64,000 nt of DNA from Candidatus Latescibacterota bacterium (GTDB lineage Bacteria; Latescibacterota; UBA2968; GCA-2709665), in contig CBDCOX010000002.1 of the NCBI GenBank assembly GCA_965219995.1, forward strand, positions 5,152,001 through 5,216,000, given 5' to 3'. Each line of letters begins with the position of its first letter. The stretch's first letter is position 1. Shown here one piece after another: positions 30,660 through 40,786 of the stretch. Both the position numbers and the translations under genes were made by a program. The notes beneath the pieces are model-generated. The model worked only from the letters and a program-made list of their open reading frames with translations. It was not told the origin of the DNA and did not search any database.

Positions 30660-31502
30660 ATGACCAGAAGCATCCCCGCACTCGTCCTCCTCGCATGTCT
30701 CGGCTGCGCACCGGCGCAGGAGCCCTCCGAGTGGCAGGCGCCCCGGGGACCCGGCGGCGTGCATCCCGACCTCAACGGCGTCTGGCAGGCCCTGAACGAG
30801 GCCAACTGGGACCTCGAGCGGCACATGGCCCGCGCCTCGGTACAACTCCGCGACGGTCCCATGGGGCCGGTGCCGAGCATCCCGACGCTCTACATGGGCG
30901 CGACCGCGGCCGTCCCGCCGAGCCTCGGCGTGGTGGACGGCGGCAAGCTGCCGTACAGGCCCGAGGCGCTCGCGAAGCGCGACGCCAACCGCGCGAACTG
31001 GAGCGGACTGGATCCCGAGGTGAAGTGCTTCCTGCCGGGGATCCCCCGGGCGAACTACCTCCCGCAGCCGTTCCAGATCTTCCAGTCCCCGAACCAGATC
31101 GAGTTCGTCTACCAGTTCGCGAGCGCGAACCGGAACATCCTGATGGAGGATCCGGGGCCGGCCCCCGCGCCGTCGTGGATGGGCCAATCGGTGGCCCGTT
31201 GGGAAGGCGACACCCTGGTCATCGAGGTGACGGACCAGAACGACCAGACCTGGTTCGACCGCGCCGGCAACCACCACAGCGAAGCGATGACCGTCGTCGA
31301 ACGCTTCACGCCGATGGGCCCGAACCACCTGGCCTACGAGGCGACCATCGACGACCCGGAGACGTTCACGGAGCCGTGGACGATCCGCATGCCGCTGTAC
31401 CGGCGCATGGAACCGGACGCGATGCTGCTCGACTTCAAGTGCGTCGCGTTCGTGGAGGAACTGATGTACGGGGAGCTGCGGCGTTACCCGCTGCCCCGCT
31501 GA
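30660..31502 (+). CDS. Exported or lipoprotein conserved hypothetical protein related to the upstream gene
   Basis: LGC lipobox-like signal; HPDLNGVW, DPEVKC, ARWEGDTLVIE, ERF and DPETFTEPW motifs. Confidence 0.75.
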   Translation: MTRSIPALVLLACLGCAPAQEPSEWQAPRGPGGVHPDLNGVWQALNEANWDLERHMARASVQLRDGPMGPVPSIPTLYMGATAAVPPSLGVVDGGKLPYRPEALAKRDANRANWSGLDPEVKCFLPGIPRANYLPQPFQIFQSPNQIEFVYQFASANRNILMEDPGPAPAPSWMGQSVARWEGDTLVIEVTDQNDQTWFDRAGNHHSEAMTVVERFTPMGPNHLAYEATIDDPETFTEPWTIRMPLYRRMEPDAMLLDFKCVAFVEELMYGELRRYPLPR

Positions 31503-31519
31503 CGCTGGAGCTCGAGAAG

Positions 31520-31945
31520 ATGAAACCCCCAGGCATCCTGTCCATCGCGGTCCTGGCGCTGTCCGCCCCCGCCGCCACCGCCCATCACGCGTTCGGCGCC
31601 GAGTTCGACCCGAACCTGCCCGTGCAGTTGCGCGGTCCCATCCAGCGCATCGAGTGGGTGAATCCCCACGCCTGGTTCCACGTCGAGCACGCCAACGAGG
31701 ACGGCAGCACGACCGTCTGGATGGTCGAGGCCGGCACGCCCAACACCCTCTTCCGGCGGGGCATCACCCGCAATACCGTGCCCCTCGGCACCGAGGTGAT
31801 CATCGACGGCTTCCAGGCGAAGGACGAGTCCCTGCGCGCCAACGGCCGCCGCATGACGTTCACCAACGGCGAGACCCTCTTCATGGGATCGAGCGGCACC
31901 GGCGCGCCGCGGGACGGGGCCGACCCGACGGAGCCGGGGATTTAG
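31520..31945 (+). CDS. DUF6152 family protein
   Basis: Signal peptide followed by AHHAFGAEFD; EWVNPHAW and WMVEAGTPNTL motifs. Confidence 0.8.
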   Translation: MKPPGILSIAVLALSAPAATAHHAFGAEFDPNLPVQLRGPIQRIEWVNPHAWFHVEHANEDGSTTVWMVEAGTPNTLFRRGITRNTVPLGTEVIIDGFQAKDESLRANGRRMTFTNGETLFMGSSGTGAPRDGADPTEPGI

Positions 31946-31995
31946 GGCGTCAGGGGTGGCCACGCCGAGCGCCGGCCGGCCGTCGCGCTAGTCGC

Positions 31996-32415
31996 CTAAA
32001 CCGGGAACGGATTCTCGATGGTCAGCGACTGAATGCGCTGACCGTGCTGAAGGTCCTCGCTGTACAGGCGGACGCAGCCAGACTCGACCGCACCCGCAAC
32101 AATCATCGAGTCGTAGAAGCCGAAGCCGTACCTTTCGCGCAACGCCAGTCCGTGCGCGTACAGTTCCACGCTGGGTTGGACGGTCCAAAGCGGCCGAAGC
32201 ACATTCGACAGCAGACTGTCCGCGTCGCCGGCCGAGAAGCCGAGCTTCTTCGTCGCCACGTTGAGCGTTTCCTGTACGACCTGAAAGCTGATGCAGCCGC
32301 TCCCCGTCTCGATGCTGCGTCTCACCAGCTCCCCGGCGCGCTGACGTTTTACCTCGTCCGTGTCGTCGAGCATGTACACGAACACGTTCGCATCCAGGAA
32401 GTCCTCAACGCTCAT
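31996..32415 (-). CDS. PIN-domain (VapC-like) toxin
   Basis: FLDANVFVY, QVVQE, FYDSMI and LYSED motifs. Confidence 0.9.
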   Translation of the reverse strand: MSVEDFLDANVFVYMLDDTDEVKRQRAGELVRRSIETGSGCISFQVVQETLNVATKKLGFSAGDADSLLSNVLRPLWTVQPSVELYAHGLALRERYGFGFYDSMIVAGAVESGCVRLYSEDLQHGQRIQSLTIENPFPV

Positions 32416-32626
32416 TCAACTCGTCCCTGGTGAACTTGCGCCCACCAGTCGCGTACTTGGCCCGGAGCTCGCACACGGCATGCATGGCGCGATTCGCCCG
32501 GTAGCGTCGAGAGTACGCCTCCAGCCAGCTTCGAAACTCGGCGTTGAGGGTCGTGCTCTCCGCCGCCGCCCGCTGCCGGGCCGCGTCTATCGTGTCCGCG
32601 TCCGCGCTCAGGGTGATGTTCCGCAT
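32405..32626 (-). CDS. VapB-like antitoxin
   Basis: MRNITLSAD...TTLNAEFR...KFTRDELNER; overlaps the PIN gene start. Confidence 0.8.
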   Translation of the reverse strand: MRNITLSADADTIDAARQRAAAESTTLNAEFRSWLEAYSRRYRANRAMHAVCELRAKYATGGRKFTRDELNER

Positions 32627-32874
32627 GTGCATTTCGTCGCCGCCCCCCGCTGGCCCGATTCCGAAAACGGAGTTTGGCACGGGATATAGAACACTGCAAT
32701 GAGAACACTGGCGCCAGTTCACTGCAAGAAAGCCACTGCCCATGCCGAGCAGAACACCGGGCGGCGTCTCTTCCCCGGCGTGCCGTTGCGGCTCTGAGGG
32801 GCGGGAGCGCCTTCAAGCGGTCGATGTCATGTAGAGTGCGCCCCTTCTACGGATGGCGACCCGACGGGAAACGC

Positions 32875-33291
32875 ATGTTCAAACGGCTCGATCACGTGTC
32901 CATCGGCGTTCTCGACATCGACAAGGCGCGCCGGCTGTTCTGCGATGTCCTCGGGGGCGAACCCCTGCCGGACGCGGGCACGTCCAGGGCGGAAGGCTTC
33001 GACTGGATGACCTTCATGCTCGGCGGCAGGAAGATGGAACTCGTCACGCCCAGCACCCCCGGGGAAGGCGGCGTGGGGCGCTACCTCGAGAAACAAGGCG
33101 AGGGCTTCCATCACATCTGCTGCACGGTCGAGGACATCCCCGCCGCCATCGCGCACTGCGAGGCCCACGGGATCAGGATCCTCGGCGGAGACGGCCGTCG
33201 CTACTTCTACCTGCATCCCCAGGACACCTTCGGCGCGCTGATCCAGGTCGTCGAGGAGACCCCGGAGACGCTCTCTTTGGCGGGGCCGTGA
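32875..33291 (+). CDS. VOC family protein (methylmalonyl-CoA epimerase-like)
   Basis: LDHVSIGV, MELV, GEGFHHIC and HPQDTFGALIQVVE motifs. Confidence 0.85.
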   Translation: MFKRLDHVSIGVLDIDKARRLFCDVLGGEPLPDAGTSRAEGFDWMTFMLGGRKMELVTPSTPGEGGVGRYLEKQGEGFHHICCTVEDIPAAIAHCEAHGIRILGGDGRRYFYLHPQDTFGALIQVVEETPETLSLAGP

Positions 33292-33295
33292 TCCC

Positions 33296-34644
33296 GTGAT
33301 ACACGCGCGGGGCGCCGCATTCGTGAGCGGCGCCCGTGCGCTGCTCGCCCTGGCGGCGACAGGCTCCGAAGGACCGGCCACGGCGATCGTCGGGGCCGCG
33401 CTGATCGACGGCACCGGCGCGCCGCCCGTCGAGGACTCCGTCGTCCTCGTACGCGGCGATGTCGTCGTGGCGGCCGGCCCGCGCGCGGACGTCCCGGTGC
33501 CGGAGGACGCCACCGTGATCGATGCCGCGGGCACGTTTCCTCATGCCGGGACTCATCGACCTGCACAATCACTACGGCGGCGGGCGAGAGGGCTTCGAGC
33601 GGCTTCTCGCGCTGCAGCTCGAGTTCGGCGTCACCACCGCGCGAAGCCTCGGCGCCGACGGCCCCGAGAACATGGCGGTCATCGCCGACGCCAAGGCCGG
33701 CAGGATCCCGGCGCCGCGCCTGTACACCGCGGGCGCGGGCTTCTCCCACCCAAGGGGCATGCCGCCCGGAGGCGTCATCCAGCGGCCGACCACGGTGGAC
33801 GAAGCCCGGAAGATGGTGCGCGACCTCGCCGCCGCGGACGTCGACCTCATCAAGATGTGGGTCGACGACACCCTCGACGGCCGGCTCGAGTGGACCTTCG
33901 ACTGGAACGACGGCAGGGCGCCGATCCCGAAGATCAGCCCCGAGATTCGTACCGCCCTGGTCCAGGAGGCGGCGCGTCACGGCCTGCCCGCGGTCGCCCA
34001 CATCTACAACGAGGAGGACGTCCGGCAACTGGCCGCGGTGGGCGTACGGCAGTTCGTGCATACCGTGCGCGCCGCGCCCGTGGACGCGGAGTTCGTGCGC
34101 TGGGCGAAGCGTCAGGCGCTCTCCTTCGCACCCGCCCTCGCCAAGGCGCAGGATTCCTGGTTCATGGCCGAACACCCGGAGGTCCTGGACGATCCGACCC
34201 TCCTGCGCGCCTGGGGGCAGGAACGGATCGACCGGATGAAGGCGCCGGAGACGCAGGCGGGCATGCTGGTGAACCCGCAGGGCGCGCAACTCCGCAAGGT
34301 CTACGGGCGCATGCAGCGTTTTCACCGGGCAGATGCAGGAGGCGGGAGTGACCGTTGCCCTCGGCTCCGACAGCGGCGCCGGCAACGTGCCGTTCGGCTG
34401 GGGCACCCACCACGAACTCGAGCTGCTGGTCGAGGCGGGACTCACGCCGTTGCAGGCGATCGCGGCCGGCACGTCCAATGGGGCGTGGGTGCTGGAGGGC
34501 GAAGACCCGCCCTTCGGTACGGTCGCAGCCGGCAAGGCGGCCGATCTCGTGCTCCTCTCTCGGGATCCGAGCGCCGACATCGGCAATTCGCGTAGCATCG
34601 AGCGGGTCATGCAGGCCGGTCGCTGGCTCGACGCCCCCGACTGA
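33296..34644 (+). CDS. Exported amidohydrolase family protein (two +1 homopolymer frameshifts near 33537 and 34320)
   Basis: LIDGTG..., MPGLIDLHNH, AVAHI, LGSDSG and GKAADLVLL are spread over three overlapping ORFs. Each junction has an extra T in a T run. Confidence 0.8.
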
Positions 34645-34668
34645 CATCCGCCGAGGAGGGACAAGCCC

Positions 34669-36654
34669 ATGTTCAAGCGTTACCGGCTCCTGTTGCCCGC
34701 CGCGTGCGCGCTGCTGCCGTCCGCATGCGAACCGACCGCCGAGCATCCGCCGGGGTACGGCGATTGGCCCCACCACCAGGGCGACCTGGCCGCTTCCAAG
34801 TATGCGCCCCTCGACCAGATCACCCCGGAGAACTTCGAGCGGCTCGAGGTGGCGTGGCGCTGGGAGTCGGCGGACCGGCGCCTCGGCGATGTCTACGACA
34901 CCGGAACGTACGTCGCGACGCCGCTGAAGGTCGGGGACCGTCTCTACACCGCCACCTCCCACGGGCAGGTCGTCGCGCTCGACCCGGCCACCGGGCAACA
35001 GCTCTGGCTGCACGACCCCCGGAGCTGGGCGGAAGAGATGCCGACCCAGCTCCCCCGGCACACCCGGGGCGTCGAGTACTGGTCCGACGGCGAGATCGAA
35101 CGCATCTTCGTCGCCACCCTCGGCAAGCAGCTCGTGTCCATCGACGCGGCGACCGGCAAGCCGGATCCGGCCTTCGGGGTCAACGGCGTCGTGGACCTGA
35201 AGAACGACCTCGGCGACGGGGCCTGGGTCACGGCGCATCTCGGCCACCGCGCACCGCCCCTCGTCGTTCGGGACGCGGTCGTCGTCGGATCGGGCGTCCA
35301 CGACTACATCTCCGAGATGCCCAATCCGCCGGGTCACGTGCGCGCCTACGACGTCCGCACCGGAACCCTCAAGTGGCGCTTCGACACGATCCCGCCGAAG
35401 GGCGCACCGTTCGCGGACACCTGGCCCGAAGACACGATCGAGAAGCAGGGCAACACCAACGTCTGGACGTACATGTCGGCCGACGAGGAACTGGGCCACG
35501 TCTACCTGCCGACCTCCACGCCGACCAACGACTACTACGGCGGAGAACGCCACGGCGACAACCTGTTCGCGGAGAGCATCGTCGCCGTGGACATCGAGAC
35601 GGGCGAGCGGGTGTGGCACTTCCAGACGGTCCACCACGGCATCTGGGACTACGACATCGCCTCCGCGCCGAACGTCATCGACGTCGAGATCGACGGCCAG
35701 CCGAGGAAGGTGCTCGCCCAGATGTCGAAGACCGCCTTCGCCTACGTCTTCGACCGTGTGACCGGAGAGCCGATCTGGCCGATCGAGGAGCGCCCGGTGC
35801 CGCAGAGCACGGTCCCCGGCGAGAAGACCGCGGCGACCCAGCCGTTCCCGACGAAGCCGGCGGCCTTCGACCGCCAGGGCGTCACCGAGGACGACCTCAT
35901 CGACTTCACGCCGGAACTCAGGGCCGAAGCGCTCCGGATCGCCGCCCAGTTCCGGCTCGGCCCGATCTTCGAGCCGCTCATCGTGGAAGGCGACGGCGGC
36001 AAGCTCGCGACGTTCGTCGTCCCCGGGGCGGGCGGCGGCGCCTCCTACCCCGGCGCCTCCTGGGATCCCGAGACGGGCGTCCTCTACGTGGAGTCGAAGA
36101 CGCGGCCCACGACCATGGCCGTCGTCAAGCCGGAAACCGGCCAGTCGGTCACCTTCGGCCTCCCGGAGTCGGGGCAGTCGGATTTCGCCTACGAGGTCAA
36201 GTACCACTCCACCGACGGCCCGCGGGGACTGCCGCTCCTGAAGCCGCCCTACCGCCGCCTGACCGCGATCGACATGAAGACCGGCGAGCACCTGTTCCAG
36301 GTGCCGCAGGGCCAGGGTCCGACAGACCATCCCGCCCTCGCCGGCCTCGACCTCGGACCGCTGGGAACGGCCTACCGCGGCGTCTCCGCCGGCGGCATCG
36401 TGGTCACGAAGACGATGCTCATCGGCTTCGTCGCCAAGGACCGGCCGTACGGGGCCGACGCCTACCCCGCGGGCGCCTGGCTGCGCGCGCAGGACAAGGC
36501 GACGGGCGAGGTCCTCGCGGAGATCGAGGTGGACCGCACCCTGCAGGGCTCGCCCATGACGTACATGCACGGGGGGCGTCAGTACATCGCCATCGCCGGC
36601 GGGGGCAGCGGCGAACCGCAGGAACTGCTCGCCTTCGCCCTGCCCGTGCAGTAG
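34669..36654 (+). CDS. PQQ-dependent dehydrogenase (glucose/quinate/shikimate-type family)
   Basis: KYAPLDQITPEN, WHFQTVHHGIWDYD, FDRVTGEPIWPIEERPVP and PMTY..GGRQYI motifs. Confidence 0.92.
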   Translation: MFKRYRLLLPAACALLPSACEPTAEHPPGYGDWPHHQGDLAASKYAPLDQITPENFERLEVAWRWESADRRLGDVYDTGTYVATPLKVGDRLYTATSHGQVVALDPATGQQLWLHDPRSWAEEMPTQLPRHTRGVEYWSDGEIERIFVATLGKQLVSIDAATGKPDPAFGVNGVVDLKNDLGDGAWVTAHLGHRAPPLVVRDAVVVGSGVHDYISEMPNPPGHVRAYDVRTGTLKWRFDTIPPKGAPFADTWPEDTIEKQGNTNVWTYMSADEELGHVYLPTSTPTNDYYGGERHGDNLFAESIVAVDIETGERVWHFQTVHHGIWDYDIASAPNVIDVEIDGQPRKVLAQMSKTAFAYVFDRVTGEPIWPIEERPVPQSTVPGEKTAATQPFPTKPAAFDRQGVTEDDLIDFTPELRAEALRIAAQFRLGPIFEPLIVEGDGGKLATFVVPGAGGGASYPGASWDPETGVLYVESKTRPTTMAVVKPETGQSVTFGLPESGQSDFAYEVKYHSTDGPRGLPLLKPPYRRLTAIDMKTGEHLFQVPQGQGPTDHPALAGLDLGPLGTAYRGVSAGGIVVTKTMLIGFVAKDRPYGADAYPAGAWLRAQDKATGEVLAEIEVDRTLQGSPMTYMHGGRQYIAIAGGGSGEPQELLAFALPVQ

Positions 36655-36661
36655 CGGATAC

Positions 36662-38701
36662 TTGTCCCGGCCGCGCGTCCTGCCGCTAGCGCGACCTGGC
36701 GGTCGCGTTGGGAGTTTCGCCAAGGCGAAACTCCTACGGCGCAAGCTCCTAGCCTGGGCCGCGTGCCTCCTGGCCGGCTGCGCGCAGGAACTGCCGGACT
36801 CCGACGCGGCGGTCTACCTGGGCGATGCGGGGGGGAGCCACTTTTCCCCGCTCACCCAGATCCACCCCGGCAACGTCGCCACCCTCGAGCCGGCCTGGGT
36901 CCACGACACGAACGAGTTCGGCGACGGCGTCTCCACGATGGTCACCAGTCCGCTGGTGGTCGACGGCACGCTCTACGGGCTGACGCCGCGGCTCAACGCG
37001 TTCGCCCTGGACGCCGCGTCCGGGACGGTTCGCTGGCGCTTCGAGACGCCGGAGTCCGCCGGCATGCAGCGCGGCTTGAGCTGGTGGGAAGACGGCGCGG
37101 CAGCGCGTCTCTTCTTCGGTGCGGGGCCGTGGCTGTTTGCACTCGACCCGCGGACCGGCACGCCCGTGTCGACATTCGCCGACACCGGCAGGCTGGACCT
37201 CCGTACGTTCGCCGGCGGCGCCGACGTCACCGCTCCGTCGCCGGCCGCAGTCTTCGAGGACCTCGTCGTCGTCGGCCTCGACGGAGACACCGAGGGCGCC
37301 TCCGTCCTCGCGGTCGACGCCAGGACGGGGACGCCCGCATGGCACTTCCGCGCGGGGGTGTCCGCCGGTGTCGGCACGGCCCTCGACGCGGACCGCAGGC
37401 TCCTCCTGGTCCCCACCGGACCGCCGATTCCCGCGCATCTCGGCACCGGACGACCCGACGACCCGTTGTCGGACAGCCTGCTCGCGCTCGACATCCGCAC
37501 GGGCGAACTCCGGTGGGGCCGTCAGCTCGTCCGTGAAGGTCTGCGCGGCCATGAACTCACCGCCCCACCCGTCCTCGTCCGGGTATCGCACCACGACGCG
37601 CTGGCGGACGCCGTGGCATTGCCGACGCGCTCGGGCTACCTGCACCTCTTCGACCGCAACACCGGCGCGTCGCTGCTCGAAAGCCGGGAAGTCAGCGCAC
37701 CGCCGAGTACCATTCCCGGCGAGCGCGCCGCCCCGGCACACACCACCTCGTCGGTCAGCCTCACGCGCCAGGAGTTCGCCCTCGCTGAGCGGGAGGCGGC
37801 CACCGGCCTGCCCGAGTCCCAACTCGCCCGCCTCGTGCGCGAACCGTTCGCGCCGCCCTCGATCGCGGGAACGCTCCTTTTCCCCGGCGTCGGCGCCGGT
37901 GTCGGCTGGGGCGGCGCGGCCTACGAGCCCGCGTCCCGCAAGCTGTTCGTCAACGTTCAGGAGACGGCGTCCGTCCTGCGGCTGATCGAAGTCCCGAAGG
38001 GCTTCAGCGCCCAGGACGCCTATCTCGCGCACTGCGCGCGCTGTCACGGCGTCGACCGCAAGGGCCTCTTCATGGACCGCCAGGACCGCTACGGCGCCGG
38101 CGGTCCGAGCCTCGTCGGCATCGGCGCGCGATTCACGGAGCGCGAGATCGAAGCGACCATCGTCAGGGGGCGGGGCGCGATGCAGCCCATGCCCGAGGTC
38201 GGGGAACTGGATCGTGCCGGGATCGTGGAATACCTGGTCGCCGAGCCCGATTACCTCACCTACGACGGCCGCACCACGGAGAGCGCCCACGTCGAGGTCG
38301 AGCCCGTCACGCTTCGGGGCGCCGACAGGCTACCCGCGAACGCGCCTCCGTGGGGTTCCCTCCTCGGCCTCGACCTCGACACCGGCCGGGTCGACTGGCG
38401 CGTGCCCCTGGGCAGCTATCCCGGGCATCCGGAACCGGAGGTCGGCGCGGAGAACGCCGGCGGGCCGTTGCTCACCGCATCGGGACTCGTGTTCGTCGGC
38501 GCCACGCCGGACAGCAGGTTCCGCGCCTACGACGCGTCGAATGGAACGCTCCTGTGGGAGGCGGAACTCGACGCGCCTGGGTACGCGACACCCGTCACCT
38601 ACGCCGTGGGAGGCAGGCAGTACGTCGTGATCGCGGCCGGCGGCGGGCTCCTCGGGCCGCCGTCGGGGTCCACCTACGCGGCTTTCCGGCTGCCCGACTG
38701 A
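36662..38701 (+). CDS. Divergent PQQ beta-propeller lipoprotein with internal cytochrome c domain
   Basis: LLAGC lipobox, FSPLTQIHPGNV, CARCH haem motif with a distal Met (GRGAMQPM), GGPLLTASGLVFVG and ATPVTYAVGGRQYV. Confidence 0.85.
   Translation: MSRPRVLPLARPGGRVGSFAKAKLLRRKLLAWAACLLAGCAQELPDSDAAVYLGDAGGSHFSPLTQIHPGNVATLEPAWVHDTNEFGDGVSTMVTSPLVVDGTLYGLTPRLNAFALDAASGTVRWRFETPESAGMQRGLSWWEDGAAARLFFGAGPWLFALDPRTGTPVSTFADTGRLDLRTFAGGADVTAPSPAAVFEDLVVVGLDGDTEGASVLAVDARTGTPAWHFRAGVSAGVGTALDADRRLLLVPTGPPIPAHLGTGRPDDPLSDSLLALDIRTGELRWGRQLVREGLRGHELTAPPVLVRVSHHDALADAVALPTRSGYLHLFDRNTGASLLESREVSAPPSTIPGERAAPAHTTSSVSLTRQEFALAEREAATGLPESQLARLVREPFAPPSIAGTLLFPGVGAGVGWGGAAYEPASRKLFVNVQETASVLRLIEVPKGFSAQDAYLAHCARCHGVDRKGLFMDRQDRYGAGGPSLVGIGARFTEREIEATIVRGRGAMQPMPEVGELDRAGIVEYLVAEPDYLTYDGRTTESAHVEVEPVTLRGADRLPANAPPWGSLLGLDLDTGRVDWRVPLGSYPGHPEPEVGAENAGGPLLTASGLVFVGATPDSRFRAYDASNGTLLWEAELDAPGYATPVTYAVGGRQYVVIAAGGGLLGPPSGSTYAAFRLPD
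36686..36752 (+). repeat. Dispersed double-hairpin element, copy 2 (in frame inside a signal peptide, CTAG-flanked)
   Basis: CTAG at 36686 and 36749, 63 nt apart. Hairpins CGCGACC/GGTCGCG and GGAGTTTCGC/GCGAAACTCC. Confidence 0.85.
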
Positions 38702-38728
38702 CCTCCGGTCGGCGCCAGGCGCCAGGCG

Positions 38729-40123
38729 TCACCCCTCCCGTTGCACGGAGGCGAGCGTCTCGTCGAGCGCCCGCTCGAGCTTCGTGAACAGTTCGTCCAC
38801 CTGCGCGTCGGTAATGACGAGCGGCGGACACAACGCCAGGATGTCGCCCAGGCTGCGCACGATCAGGCCGTGCTCGAGGGCGCGGTCCATGCAGTGGTTG
38901 CCGACCTGAAGCGCGGGGTCGAAGTTCCGCTTCTCTTCCTTGTCGGCCACCAGTTCCACCGCGCCGATCAACCCCTTGCCGCGCGCGTTTCCAACCAGCG
39001 GATGCTCCGCGAGCGCCGCCAGGCGGGCCTGGAACGTCTCCCCGACCCGGGCCGCGTGCGCGAACACCTCCCGCTCCTCCATCAACTCGAGGGCGCGCAG
39101 GGCGACCGCGGAGCACACGGGGTGTCCCGAGTACGTGAAGCCGTGCGCGAAGTTGCCCACTTCGGAGCTCGCCGCGACGAACGCCTCGTACATCCACTCG
39201 GGGACGAGCACCGCGGAAATCGGCAGGTAGGCCGAGGAGAGCGCTTTCGCGACGCTCATCGTCGTCGGCGCGATGCCCATGGTCTGCGCCCCGAAGGGGT
39301 TTCCGGTGCGCCCGAAGCCACAGATCACCTCGTCGTCGATGAAGTGGACGCCGTACTTCCCGAGGACCGCCTGGATCTTCCGGTAGTACCCGTCCGGCGG
39401 CACGATGACGCCGCCCGCCCCGAGCACCGGTTCCGCGATGAAGGCCGCCACCGTCTCCGGTCCCTCCGCGCGGATCAGGGCTTCGAGTTCGTTCGCGAGC
39501 CGCGTCGTGAAGTCGTCCTCCGTCTCACCCTCGCGGGCCTGCCGGTAGTAGTGGGGATTGGCCGTGTGCAGGACGTTCGGGATCGGCAGGTCGAAGTGCT
39601 TGTGGAACGGGGGCAGGCCCGTGAGGCTGCCGCTCGCGACGGTCACGCCGTGGTACGCGCCGAGACGCGACACGATCTTCTTCTTTTCGGGCTTCCCGAT
39701 CAGGTTGTGGTAGTACCACATCAGCTTGACCTGGGTGTCGTTCGCGTCCGACCCCGACAGGCCGAAGAACACGCGCCCGGCGTCGAAAGGCATCATCGCC
39801 TTCAGCTTCTCCGCCAGCAGCACGCTCGGCTCGTTGGTCTTGCCCCCGAAGAGCTGCGAGTACGCGAGTTGCCGCATCTGCGCTTCCGCCACGCGCGCGA
39901 GTTCCGGCTCCCCGTAGCCCAGCGCCGTGCACCACAGCCCGGCCATGCCTTCCAGGTACTGCTTCCCGCGGTCGTCCCACAGGTAGACGCCCTCGGCGCG
40001 CTCATGCACCGACGGACCGCGGAGCTGGTGGTCCGCCAGGTTAGTCGTCGGGTGGAGCACGTGCCGGAGGTCCTTCGCTTCGATGGACTCGGGCGGAAAC
40101 TCGTTGTGCAGGGGATCGGCCAT
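38729..40123 (-). CDS. Class III aminotransferase (omega-amino acid/putrescine:pyruvate type)
   Basis: GMAGLWC, SGSDAND, AFIAEPV, DEVICGFGRTG and VAKALSSAYLP motifs. Confidence 0.92.
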   Translation of the reverse strand: MADPLHNEFPPESIEAKDLRHVLHPTTNLADHQLRGPSVHERAEGVYLWDDRGKQYLEGMAGLWCTALGYGEPELARVAEAQMRQLAYSQLFGGKTNEPSVLLAEKLKAMMPFDAGRVFFGLSGSDANDTQVKLMWYYHNLIGKPEKKKIVSRLGAYHGVTVASGSLTGLPPFHKHFDLPIPNVLHTANPHYYRQAREGETEDDFTTRLANELEALIRAEGPETVAAFIAEPVLGAGGVIVPPDGYYRKIQAVLGKYGVHFIDDEVICGFGRTGNPFGAQTMGIAPTTMSVAKALSSAYLPISAVLVPEWMYEAFVAASSEVGNFAHGFTYSGHPVCSAVALRALELMEEREVFAHAARVGETFQARLAALAEHPLVGNARGKGLIGAVELVADKEEKRNFDPALQVGNHCMDRALEHGLIVRSLGDILALCPPLVITDAQVDELFTKLERALDETLASVQREG

Positions 40124-40180
40124 GGATGACTCTCTCCTATTGGCTGGCAACTTCGACGGTGGCGCGGGCCATGCGCCCAT

Positions 40181-40786
40181 TCACGTCCAAACGCCTTGGG
40201 CGACACGACCGCGAAGGGCCGCGATTGCACGAGCAAGGCTTGGAGACCGGACGGCCCCCCGTTCAACGTCCCAAGCGCCTCGGGCGAAGTCCGAAATCCG
40301 ATTGGCGTACTCGGGACCGACGGAACGACCACTGCCGGGACGCGGGGGGACGCTGCGCTGCACCGCTCGCGACGTTGAGTGCCGGCAGACATCGACCACG
40401 TGGCGTTTCGGGTCAGGCAATTCATCGGGGCGCACGGCTATTCGATTTGGCCTGACCGAGAACGTGGCGGCAAATCCGTCAACATCCGCGAGAAGCCAAT
40501 TCTCCATTTTGCGCACCGGTACGCGCAAGCAGAGACGCTCGTCGAGCTTCACGCCGGCCGGCAGACCGTCAATCAACACCGGAGGACAGGACACAGCGTC
40601 CAGATCCCTCAACACAAGCCAGTTCAGGGCGCGACTCGACCGGCTTACCTCCCTGACCCGCTGATCGAGCCTCCCGGCGCTCCGCGCGGTGATCGCCGGC
40701 AGCGGTTCGAGGCCCACATGCCTGATCAGTCGCTCGGCCACCGGAATGTCGGTATCGCCCTCCACGGCGATGTACACGAACGTCAC
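40181..40786 (-). CDS. TOPRIM-like (DUF4276-type) putative nuclease
   Basis: AVEGDTD, VLRDLD (DxD), MENWLLAD and SPSL motifs; GTGA overlap with the ATPase stop. Confidence 0.75.
   Translation of the reverse strand: MTFVYIAVEGDTDIPVAERLIRHVGLEPLPAITARSAGRLDQRVREVSRSSRALNWLVLRDLDAVSCPPVLIDGLPAGVKLDERLCLRVPVRKMENWLLADVDGFAATFSVRPNRIAVRPDELPDPKRHVVDVCRHSTSRAVQRSVPPRPGSGRSVGPEYANRISDFARGAWDVERGAVRSPSLARAIAALRGRVAQGVWT

Noticed and set aside
33530-34325. Amidohydrolase split into three ORFs
   Set aside because: Each break is one extra T in a T run, so it is treated as one gene.
34162-36744. Long antisense and alternate-frame ORFs (e.g. 860 aa here, and many others)
   Set aside because: Shadow ORFs expected at high GC. 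They are Arg/Gly/Pro-rich, lack motifs and overlap well-supported genes.
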